Origin: Chloroflexota bacterium
Lineage (GTDB): Bacteria > Chloroflexota > UBA4733
Direction of reading: 5' to 3'
Length of the DNA stretch: 64,000 nt
Assembly (NCBI GenBank): GCA_036734945.1
Contig: DAIMXP010000002.1
Location: 70,981-134,980, forward strand
The position numbers and the translations under genes are program-made. Of the stretch, positions 38,789 through 47,900 are shown in pieces. The notes beneath the pieces were generated by a model. The model did no database searches and had not been told where the DNA came from. It worked only from the letters and a program-made list of their open reading frames with translations. Each line of letters opens with the position of its first letter. Position 1 is the stretch's first letter.

Positions 38789-38983
38789 TGACGGTTGAGG
38801 ACGCTCGCCGACAATATGAGGAGGCGTCCGTTCTCGCTTCGGCGGCGAATGCTATTCACTCGGGGGATCAGCAGAATGGTCGATCCTGGATTTTGCGTAC
38901 GATGGCCATGACCGTGTTGACGCCATTCCAGGCCGCGACGATGATGCAATCGAAGCCGGAGGAACTGCAGGAGATAGTCCCCC

Positions 38984-40450
38984 ATGATTTGCACGACACG
39001 CCGGTCGGTACTCCAGGCAGCAGCGAGCGCCCTCGCCGTTGGCCTGTGCAGCGCCTGTTCGGCCCCGATCTTCTCCAAAGGTTCGGTGGTCCGGGCGCTC
39101 CCCAAGCTGACCATCCTCGCAGCCTATCCGAGGTCGTCGTCTGGCGTCGCCAAGCCGGCCTGGCTGACGCCGCTGCGAGAGGCGGCCGACCATCTCAACG
39201 CCACCCGGCAGGACCAACTCGGCGCGGTATTGGACCTTCGCACTTTTACCGTTGACCAAGCACCGGGTGCCGTCGCCACCGCCGGCAACGGCCAAGTCAG
39301 CAGCTTCAACATGACCACCTACGACAATGCCCTGGCCGAGGCCGTCAGCGAACAGGCCGACGTGCTCATCTCCATGGAGACGCTTGGACTGGGCATGCTG
39401 ACGCAGTTGGACCACGCCAAGGTGCTGGCGGCGTTGGACACGTACTTGGCGCGGGAACGACCCAGCCAGCAGGTCGACTACTACCCGGGCGTCCTCGGCC
39501 TGGGCCGCATCGCCGGACGGCAAGTCGCTCTTCCCCTGCAGGTGCAGCCCTGGCTGATGCGCTACGACGCCAAGCTGTTCCAGACCATCGGCGTCGGCTC
39601 CCCGCCGCCCGACCGGCCTTGGACCTGGCAACAGCTCATCGACCTTGCCCCCAAACTCGTCCAGCGCGATCCCAAGACCGGCGCCAACCTCCGCTGGGCA
39701 TGCCGGATCGAGACCTTGCCGGTGGAGATCGCCATCTGGCAGGCCGGCGGCGATATCGTGAACGCCCAGAATGCCGTCGTCTTGGACCAGCCGGCGGCGA
39801 TTCAGGGCGTCACCTTCTGGCGCGACCTGGAGGTTGCCGATCAACTTGATGCGCCCAACACCCTGCCGCCCCGGCTCACCGGCACGCGCTCCCATCCCTA
39901 CGCCATCGCCACGCTCGGCGGGGGCTTCGCCGCCACCACCTTCGAGCCAACCACCCGGTACAGTTACCATCTGGCGGACATCCCCAAGAACTGGGACGCG
40001 GGCCTGGGCTTCGCTCCTATCCCCGCCGGGGCGCCGGCCGGCAACGTGCCGGTGACCAAGCTCGATCTGGAGTTGGCGGGTGCCGTCGCCGCTCACAGCC
40101 GGCAGCCCGACCTGGCCTTCACGGCGCTGCGGGCGCTGGAGCAGGCCATCGGTCCCGCGCTGCTGCTCTCGGCGATCCGTCCGCTGGCGTCTCGGCGCTT
40201 GAAAGACGGCAGTATCGATCCGCGCCTGGCGACGGCGCTGGGCTGGGGCATGGCCCTTGGCCGCGCCAGTAGCGCCGATGCGCTCGGCGCGGATGCCCTC
40301 AATCGGCTGGTCGACGTGTTCCCCGGCCTGCCGAGAGCCGATGCTCCCGGCCTGCCGCCACAGCAACTCTGCGCCGACGTGGCGAAGCTGCTCCGCTACC
40401 GGCAGGTATGCGGTCCGGTGCCGGCCTACTGCCCTGCCGCCGCGCCGTGA
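38984..40450 (+). CDS. orphan ABC-type solute-binding-protein-like lipoprotein L2 (cassette E)
   Basis: TTRRSVLQAAASALAVGLCSAC (RR plus lipobox). ALPLQVQPWLMRYDAKLFQTIGVGSPPPDRPWTWQQLIDLAPKL...IWQAGGDIV is typical of family-1 SBPs. No transporter genes are nearby. Confidence 0.7.
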   Translation: MICTTRRSVLQAAASALAVGLCSACSAPIFSKGSVVRALPKLTILAAYPRSSSGVAKPAWLTPLREAADHLNATRQDQLGAVLDLRTFTVDQAPGAVATAGNGQVSSFNMTTYDNALAEAVSEQADVLISMETLGLGMLTQLDHAKVLAALDTYLARERPSQQVDYYPGVLGLGRIAGRQVALPLQVQPWLMRYDAKLFQTIGVGSPPPDRPWTWQQLIDLAPKLVQRDPKTGANLRWACRIETLPVEIAIWQAGGDIVNAQNAVVLDQPAAIQGVTFWRDLEVADQLDAPNTLPPRLTGTRSHPYAIATLGGGFAATTFEPTTRYSYHLADIPKNWDAGLGFAPIPAGAPAGNVPVTKLDLELAGAVAAHSRQPDLAFTALRALEQAIGPALLLSAIRPLASRRLKDGSIDPRLATALGWGMALGRASSADALGADALNRLVDVFPGLPRADAPGLPPQQLCADVAKLLRYRQVCGPVPAYCPAAAP

Positions 40451-41033
40451 ACCGCGCACGGCCCTGGTAATAGGCCGGGTGAGACGGAGGCTGTATTGGA
40501 CTGAACCCAACTTTGGCCATTCAAGCGACGCCCTGGCGTTGCCACGCTTCAACTGAGTAACAGCTTCCCGTTCCTCCACCCGCTGCTCCTAGTAGTCTGT
40601 CAAGGCCGAAATGGACGGTAGCACCGCACTCAACCTGGACCCGGCAACTGTTCAAAGTACGCATGACGGACTACTAGTCTCGATCGAGGATACTCACCGC
40701 CTTCATCATCAGTACTATCCGCGAGCTGCCCGAACGGTTTGATCTTGGACTATAGAGCCTCTTCTCCTGGTCCCCGGCACAGTATGAACGGAAGCATAGC
40801 CAGGTAGTGCAACGGTGTATGCGGTTTCCTCCTTGGGCGGCCGGACCAGTCAAGGCGATCTGCTGATCGGATTAGCAGGCCGGTCGTGACTTTTCCGCGA
40901 TGCCGCTGTTTAACCGTATGTGAGCGATATGAGGGACCGAGCGTCTCTGGTTTAGGGGGATCGGACGGAGAATCTCGTGCAGGTCCTTACCAATAGCGTC
41001 GCACCAATCAAGGCGGAGTGCTCTGCGGCACCG

Positions 41034-41594
41034 ATGGGGGTCGAGGACGATCACTGGCTTGTCGAGCGGGCGCGAACGGACCGTCGAGCCTTCGCCGTCC
41101 TCTGCACCCGCTACGTCACGGCGGTCTATCGCTACTGCTACCGCCGTCTGGGCAGTCGGGAGGCCGCTGAGGATGCCACCAGCCAGGTGTTTGTCAAGGC
41201 GCTGGCCGCTCTCTCCACGTACCGCACGTACTCGTTTGCCGGCTGGCTCTTTGCGATCGCCCGGAACGTGGTTGCCGATGCGTACCGGTCGCGGCGGCCC
41301 ACCGAACCGTTGGACGCCGCGCTCGCCGTGGCGGATCAGGCGCCAACTCCTGAGCAGAGCGTGCTACGGGTGGAGGAGACGCGCGAGCTGCAGCGGTGGC
41401 TCGCCGCCCTGACGCCGGAGCAGCGGGCGGTCGTGGAACTCCGCCTCGCCGGCCTTTCTGGCGCCGAGATGGCCGCGGCGCTGGGGTGCAGCCTGGGGGC
41501 GGTGAAGATGCTGCAACTGCGGGCCATCGCCCGGTTGCGGGCGGTGTGGCAGGCGGAGCAAACGGGAGAGGAGGCGCAGGATGGCGCGCGCTGA
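41034..41594 (+). CDS. ECF-type sigma-70 family factor (2)
   Basis: AEDATSQVFVKALAALSTYRTYSFAGWLFAIARN (region 2) and LTPEQRAVVELRLAGLSGAEMAAALGCSLGAVKMLQLRA (region 4). An alternative GTG start lies at 40977. Confidence 0.85.
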   Translation: MGVEDDHWLVERARTDRRAFAVLCTRYVTAVYRYCYRRLGSREAAEDATSQVFVKALAALSTYRTYSFAGWLFAIARNVVADAYRSRRPTEPLDAALAVADQAPTPEQSVLRVEETRELQRWLAALTPEQRAVVELRLAGLSGAEMAAALGCSLGAVKMLQLRAIARLRAVWQAEQTGEEAQDGAR

Positions 41595-42489
41595 GGACGA
41601 ACTGGCCGAGCGGCTCAATAGGCAGTGGGATCAGGTCGTCCGGGGCATGCCCCTGGGAAATGCGGGGCTGGAGCCGGGTGTTGTCGCGACCCTGCGGCGG
41701 TTGGGGGCGCTGGATGCTGCGCCGGCGCCGACCGCCGCCTTCCTGGGCCAGTTGGAGCGCAACTTGCTGGAGGCCGCACCGCCAGCGCAAGCTCGACCGA
41801 GCCTGCTGGGGCGGCTGCAGGTCCCGCGCTGGCGTCGACCACCGCGCTGGCTCCTTGGTGCTGCTGCGGTCCTCCTGGCGCTGGTCGTCTCCGGCGGCGC
41901 TGCCCGGGCGCTGGTCGCGCCGACGATGCCGCTCCATGTCCAGGTCGTGCCGAAGGAGCGCATCATCTACGGGCCAGAGTCCGCGCATCCGACGCCTCTG
42001 CCCCCAGGAGTTGCGCCGCCGCTCCACGTGATAGTCGGCCCTGGCCCACGAGACCCGGGAACGCCGATGTCCCTGGACGACGCCCAGCGCGCTGCCGGCT
42101 TTCACCTGTTGCGCAGTGTGGGCGATCCGCAGGCACAACTGCAGAGCGTTACCTACTTCGCGCGGACCAGGGAGATCGACGGTCGCTCGGAGAGTAATCC
42201 CTCCGCGCAGGTGCAACTCATCTACCGCCTTGGTAAGGGCATGGCAGGCGTCTACCTGCTGCCCAACCCGGCTGCTGGGCAACCGCTTAAAATCTTCCAG
42301 TTGGGGGTGAATCCCCACGAGCGGGTCGAGCAGCACGATGGGTCGGAGTACCTCGTGACGCGTACGCCAGACGACCAGCGTGTAGAGGATGTCTGGTTCG
42401 CCACCGCGAGCACCGCAGCCGACGTACACTTCTCCCCGCCTTATGTGGGCTGGCCCACCGCGGCGGACTTCATTGCGCATCTTCAGTGA
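41581..42489 (+). CDS. single-pass membrane protein, putative anti-sigma factor
   Basis: Overlaps the sigma gene by 14 nt. TM segment WLLGAAAVLLALVVSGGAA, followed by an extracytoplasmic domain. Role inferred from position. Confidence 0.5.
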   Translation: MARAEDELAERLNRQWDQVVRGMPLGNAGLEPGVVATLRRLGALDAAPAPTAAFLGQLERNLLEAAPPAQARPSLLGRLQVPRWRRPPRWLLGAAAVLLALVVSGGAARALVAPTMPLHVQVVPKERIIYGPESAHPTPLPPGVAPPLHVIVGPGPRDPGTPMSLDDAQRAAGFHLLRSVGDPQAQLQSVTYFARTREIDGRSESNPSAQVQLIYRLGKGMAGVYLLPNPAAGQPLKIFQLGVNPHERVEQHDGSEYLVTRTPDDQRVEDVWFATASTAADVHFSPPYVGWPTAADFIAHLQ

Positions 42490-42527
42490 GGGCGGACGCT
42501 TGCAGTCCACGTTGCCGACCTGACGCC

Positions 42528-42647
42528 TGGCGACTAAAGTCGCGGCGACCGTGAGCAAATGGTCAGCCTGCGGCTGCCGGCACCTTTGCGGGCTGATTAG
42601 TCCGCGTAGGCGGACTTTGCCAGGGTAGGCGCGACTTCAGTCGCCAG
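42528..42647. repeat. REP/MITE-like element, family 1 (copy 3 of 4)
   Basis: TGGCGACTAAAGTCGCGGCGAC...GTAGGCGCGACTTCAGTCGCCAG. The interior matches copy 2. Confidence 0.8.
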
Positions 42648-42661
42648 CCCGCCGATCGCCC

Positions 42662-43798
42662 TTACGAACCAACACCAAGGTGGGCGAGTGTGCCCTGATC
42701 CAGGGTCACGCCGAGACCCGCACCTTCCGGCACACGCAGCATCCCATTCCCTGTCCACAGCGGCTCGGTGAGCAGTTCCTCCCGCAATGGATTAGGGTTG
42801 ATATCGTACTCTACGAGCACGCGGTAGCGCGTCGGCAAGGCGGTGAACAGGTGGATCGTGGCGGCCAGGCCGACCGCGCTGCCGAAGAAGTGCGGCGCTA
42901 ACTGGAGGCCGCGCTCGGCGGCAAGAGCGAGAATCTCGCGGCTTGCGCTGATACCGCCGCATTTACAGAGGTCCGGCTGTACCACGTCCAGTAAGCCCTG
43001 ATCGAACCAGCGCTCGAACTGGCGCCGGCCGTAGAGGTTTTCGCCGCCCGCTCGCGGCAGACCGAGGGATTCCTGGGCCGATTGCCAGGCCGGATCGTCG
43101 TCAGCCGGGAACGGCTCTTCGATCCAGGCAGCCCGTGCAGCCGCCAGCGCCGGGCGCATTGCCGCCGCCGTGTCCGGCGTCCAGCCCTGATTGGCGTCGG
43201 TGAAGAGCGTCGCCTCGGCGACGGCGGCGCGCACTGCCAACAGGTTGCGTTCATCCACCTCGCGGCCAAAGCCGACTTTCAGCTTCACGGCGCCGAACCC
43301 CGCTGCCATGGCATCTGCCGCCTGCTGCTCGACGTTCGCGGGACCAAGGCCGCTGGCGTAGGCCGGTACGCTCGCCTGCTGTGCCGCTCCCAACAGTTGC
43401 CAGACTGGGGCGCCGGCAATCTTGCCGGCTAGGTCCCAGAGCGCCAGGTCTGCTCCGCTGATCGCCTGGTAGATGGGACCGATCGCGCCCCACTGCAAGG
43501 CCAGATGGTGCAGGGCGCCGACGCATTTCCGCCAGAGGCGGACGGGGTCGTCGACCTCCTCACCGATCAACAGCGGGCGCAGGCCGTGGGTGATGGTCGC
43601 CAGGCGTTCGGCGGGTCCCCAGCTTGGGTAGTTGACCCAACTCTCGCCGATGCCCGTCAACCCGGCGTCGGTGTCGATCAGCACCAGCACCGTCTGGCGC
43701 GCCTGCAACTGGCCGACGGCCATACGCACAGGCGTGGCGATAGGCGCGCGCAGTAGGAGGGGACGGACATCGGTGATGCGTGGTAAGCGCTTGGCCAT
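42662..43798 (-). CDS. enolase-superfamily enzyme (mandelate racemase/muconate lactonizing family)
   Basis: I chose the start MAKRLPRITDV at 43798. Matches include LIDTDAGLTGIGES, KLKVGF, DANQGW and EEPFP. Confidence 0.85.
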   Translation of the reverse strand: MAKRLPRITDVRPLLLRAPIATPVRMAVGQLQARQTVLVLIDTDAGLTGIGESWVNYPSWGPAERLATITHGLRPLLIGEEVDDPVRLWRKCVGALHHLALQWGAIGPIYQAISGADLALWDLAGKIAGAPVWQLLGAAQQASVPAYASGLGPANVEQQAADAMAAGFGAVKLKVGFGREVDERNLLAVRAAVAEATLFTDANQGWTPDTAAAMRPALAAARAAWIEEPFPADDDPAWQSAQESLGLPRAGGENLYGRRQFERWFDQGLLDVVQPDLCKCGGISASREILALAAERGLQLAPHFFGSAVGLAATIHLFTALPTRYRVLVEYDINPNPLREELLTEPLWTGNGMLRVPEGAGLGVTLDQGTLAHLGVGS

Positions 43799-43802
43799 GC
43801 GG

Positions 43803-44777
43803 TCAGCCGACCCTGCTGCCAAAAGCGGCGATAGCGTCCAGCACGATCTGCAGCGACTTGAAGTTGTCGAAACAGGTCGTCGCCGGTGGTTGCCCGGTGG
43901 TGATCGCCGCCACGAACTCGTGCAGCAGATACGGTTGGGCCGCGAGCGGCAGGGCGACGAGGGGCATTTCCTGCCGTTCTTGCGCCTGGCGGCGGGTCCA
44001 GACGTGGTCCTCTTCCAGGAGCACGACACCCTGCGAGCAATCGAAGCGCCAGTTGCCGTTCCAGGGGGTGTCGCCGCCCTGCCCGCACCAGGTGCCACTG
44101 TAGGTCGCTACGACCGGGTCGAAGTCGATGACCACCGTGGCCGACGCATCGCCTTTGAACCAGCTCCAGGACGGATTCCAACTGCGCCCGGAGATGCCCA
44201 CTGGGTCCATGCCCAGCAGGAAGCGCAGCATGTCGAAGTGGTGGATCGACATGTCCATGATCAGCGGATAGGGCATCACCTCGCGGAAGCCGCCGAAGTG
44301 CGGACCACGATAGAACCGGACATTGACCGCCCCGATCGTGCCGAACTCACCGGACTCCAGGACCTGCTTCAGCGTCTGGACTGGCCGGCTGTAGCGGTAG
44401 TTCTGGGCGACCATATGCAAGACGCCGGTCTCACGGGAGACGCGCACAATCTCCTCCGCCGCTTCGCGCGTGTCAGCGAGCGGTTTTTCGGAGAGGACCG
44501 GCATACCGGCGCGCATGGCGGCTACGGAGATGGCGCGGTGCGTCTGCGGCGGCGTAACGACGATCACGCCGTCGGCCCGCACGGCAGCGAGCGCCTCCTC
44601 CAGCGAGCCGAAGATGAGCCGGCGGTCAAGGCCGTGCTTCGCTGCCTGCGCCTCCGCAGTGGCCGGGTTGATCTCCACCAGGGCTGCATACTCCACCTCG
44701 TCCGACGCCGCGCAGGCGTTCAGCCAGGTATTGCCCATGCCTCCGATGCCGACCTGAATCAGCTTGAAGTGCGCCAC
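43803..44777 (-). CDS. Gfo/Idh/MocA-family oxidoreductase
   Basis: Rossmann N-terminus (V)AHFKLIQVGIGGMGNTW. I chose the GTG at 44777. The ORF track extends to 44903, but that extension lacks family features. Confidence 0.78.
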   Translation of the reverse strand: MAHFKLIQVGIGGMGNTWLNACAASDEVEYAALVEINPATAEAQAAKHGLDRRLIFGSLEEALAAVRADGVIVVTPPQTHRAISVAAMRAGMPVLSEKPLADTREAAEEIVRVSRETGVLHMVAQNYRYSRPVQTLKQVLESGEFGTIGAVNVRFYRGPHFGGFREVMPYPLIMDMSIHHFDMLRFLLGMDPVGISGRSWNPSWSWFKGDASATVVIDFDPVVATYSGTWCGQGGDTPWNGNWRFDCSQGVVLLEEDHVWTRRQAQERQEMPLVALPLAAQPYLLHEFVAAITTGQPPATTCFDNFKSLQIVLDAIAAFGSRVG

Positions 44778-44975
44778 AGAGTTTCGCAGTGCCTGCTTGC
44801 CTCCCTCAGGGGGATCGGCCGCATGCACTGTATCGCCGTGAATCGCTCCACTGGGCAGCAACCGACCGGCGCGAAAACTTGTGGCGCACTTTCGCTTGAC
44901 CATACGATGTAGGCTCCTTCATTGTCTACTATATTGGGAGGTTATAGCACGCGGGAAGGAGGAGGGGTGTGATGC

Positions 44976-47900
44976 TCAACCGCTAAACACGTCGTCGTGC
45001 GCGGCGGTGCTCGTGTCAAAGGGCTTATCGACGGGAACAACAACGACGCGATACCCCAGGTCGGCCAGCGCTTCGCGCTTGAGCAGGTCGGTCTGGCGTT
45101 GCGACTCAGCCTGATGGGCTGGGCCGTCAATGAAGACGCAGACGCCGCGCCGGCCGTCGCGCTTATAATAGAAGTCCGGTTGAACTGCAACTTCTTCGGC
45201 TGGCTGGTGCTGGGCTAGGTCGGGGAGGCGCAGCTTGCGCTCGTGGAGGTGGCGCAGGAAGTCGCGCTCCAGGTTGGAGGCGGGGTCGGTTCGCTCCAGC
45301 AACCAGTGGTAGTGCGCGTCGTAGTCGCGCGTTTCGGTTCGTGCCAGCAATTCAGCACGGCTCAGTTGCAGCAGGTAGTCGCGCACGAGATGCCGATCCA
45401 GGTGGCGATGGACCGTCTGATGGCGATAGCTGAGCAGACAGTCGTAACAGGCGGCGGCGCAGCGACGGTTCCATCCCGCAAGCTCTGCGCCCGTTGCTGG
45501 ATCGATGTGGCAGATGCGCAGGGCTTCGCGGGCGATGGCGGCGATGGAATGGGTATCGCTGCGGATGCGCTCCCAGATACCGGTGCCGCCTTCGGCCTCT
45601 TCCCAGAGGAGCAGACGGCGCTGCGGACCCTCGCCGATCAGGTCGACGGCGACCTCATTCTCCATCACCTGGTAGACGGCCTGGATGCCGCGCTGGAGGG
45701 CGTAGGCCAGCGTCTGGAGAAAAGGAGTTTCGTCGCCGGGGAGCTGGCTGGGCCGCAGCAGGAGCACGTTGCGATGGTCGGTCACATAGGGGCGGATGCC
45801 GGACATTCTGGTTCGGGCAGCGACTACGGCGTCTGAGACATCATCGTCGGCGGGGGCGTCTTCGTTGCCGCCCCAGGCGCCGCTCTCGGCATCGATGGTG
45901 AAACCGCGCGGCGGGTTGGACCGTCGCCAGCCGTTGTTGATGCGCCAGAGCTCCGTCTGCGCGGCGACTGTCACTTCCAGCAGCGTCTGACCGGCCAGGC
46001 GCGCTTCAGCCCGTTGCATGGTCTCCTCGCCGGGCAGGCGCAGCGCAAGCTCGATAGCGAAGCCCTCGCGCTGCCGTTCTTCCTCATCCGAGGAGATACG
46101 GGTCCACTGACTCGCTCGCGTCACCGGCTGATCGAACAGCCGCTGCGGGAATGAGGCAGCGGGTCCTTCCAGCAGCGCGCCGCAGTGTGTACAGCGGTCC
46201 AGTTGGGCGGCTTCGCCGGGATAAATTGCGCCACAGGTATGGCAGATCTTGGCCTGCGTGAGTCGCTCTTCCACGCCGCCCACCGGCAGGATACAGCTCG
46301 TGACGCGGTGCTTGCGGCCCTCGTGGTAGACGACGTTGAGCGGGCCGAACTCGGAAAGGCCGAGGAAGCGCGGCCGGTCGATAGCCTGCACGCTGCCGTG
46401 CGATGAGACCAGCACGCGCAGCGGCAGGCGGGGGAAGTTGTATCCGGGTAAAAAGCCTTCGTTGGCGAGGTGGCGATAGGGGTAGAAGTCCGACTCGGTG
46501 ATATCGCCCTGGTTGACCAACAGGGCAATCTCCCGTTTCGCTTCTTGCTCCTGCTGCTCCGCCGCCTCTCGTTCCTGCCGTTGCAATCTCGGCAGGTTGC
46601 CTTTGCGGTAGGCTTCGTCGCGCCGGCGCACAGCCGCCTGGTACAACTCCCGCCAGCGATCCAGTGAATGGTCAAATGCTTCCGGCGCTTCACGGACGGT
46701 GCGGAGCAGCCAGTCCTCGTTGAACCAGCCGGCCGCCGCGATGGCCGCCGAGTCGACAACTTCGTTGAAGGCGCGGGCCACCTCCCGCAGCCGTGTCTCG
46801 GACAGCTTGAGTTGCGCCGCCACGTCGGGCAGCAGGGGACAGCTCGGGTCAGCCAGATCGAGCACCTCGGCCAGCGACGAAGCCAGCGCCAGGCCGACCG
46901 TCGCCAGCCAGACGGAGCGCAGGTGCGCCTCGACCAGTTCGCGGTTGGTCAGGTCGAGACGCGGCGGCGCGACGGCACCGGCGACCATGTCGACGCGCCG
47001 GCGGAAGAAGTACTCATCGTGGGCGTTGCCCTGGCTACAGAAGGCCAGCACCAGGGCGGGCCGGCCGTTGCGGCCCGCCCGCCCGCTGCGCTGGGCATAG
47101 TTGGCCGGTGTCGGCGGCACGTTGCGCAGATGGACGACGGCAAGGTCGGCGATATCCACGCCGAGCTCCATGGTCGGCGAGCAAAAGAGGGCCTTGAGCT
47201 TGCCGGAGCGGAAGTCGCGCTCGCGCTCAATGCGCTCCAGCATGCCGACCTGGCCGGTGTGCTCGCGCCCGACGACGCGCCGAAAGTGACCGGCGCCTTC
47301 GGTGTAGAGCCGGCTGAAGTAGTGGTTGGGCTGCTGGCTCCGTCCCTCTGGTCGGCGCAACTGCAAGGCCCGGCTGCGCACCGGGTCCGGACCCGGCACG
47401 CTGCCGTCACCCTGCTCCCAGCGCAGCGCGCCGGGCTTGATCTGCACGCCGTAGGGTTCATCCAGGTGGCTATGGACCGTCAGGATGTGGCCGCGCAGGG
47501 CGGCTACGATGGCCCGCACCAGCGCGTCGGCTTCGTCAGTGCTCAGCCGCTCCGGTACGTCCCAGGTTTCCGCTGCTCGCAAGTAGCGGCCGACCGTAGA
47601 GCGCCAGCCCAGGCCGAAGGTGGCGACGCGGCTGTTGCGTGGTAGTTCGGACTCGGGGAGCAGGGCGATAGTGCTCCAGCGCAATCGCTCCTGCCCGTCG
47701 ATGGCCCAGGGTGGCCGCAGCCATTCCCCGGCCTGGCGCTTCAGGCGTTCCGTCTTCTCCGGTTGCAGGCAGGCCGCGCCGATGGCGAGTTGCCCGCGCA
47801 GATGATCGAGCACCGCCTGCAAGACGGCCTCACGTCGCTCCGGCGAGGCCGCCGCCATTTTCGGGACGCTCGCCCAGGGCGTGTCCTCGGCGGCGATCTC

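Noticed and set aside
38779-39255. 158-aa plus-strand ORF starting at the end of precursor P5 and overlapping the lipoprotein L2 start
   Set aside because: It is in a different frame from L2, which has a convincing RR/lipobox N-terminus. It would overlap L2 by about 270 nt. Only its first ~65 codons look protein-like, so at most a small unsupported ORF in the 195-bp spacer.
38852-42558. Long minus-strand ORFs 38852..40579 (575 aa) and 41194..42558 (454 aa)
   Set aside because: Both are antisense to the SBP-like lipoprotein and to the ECF sigma / membrane-protein pair. They are extremely Arg/Gly/Pro-rich and carry no motifs.
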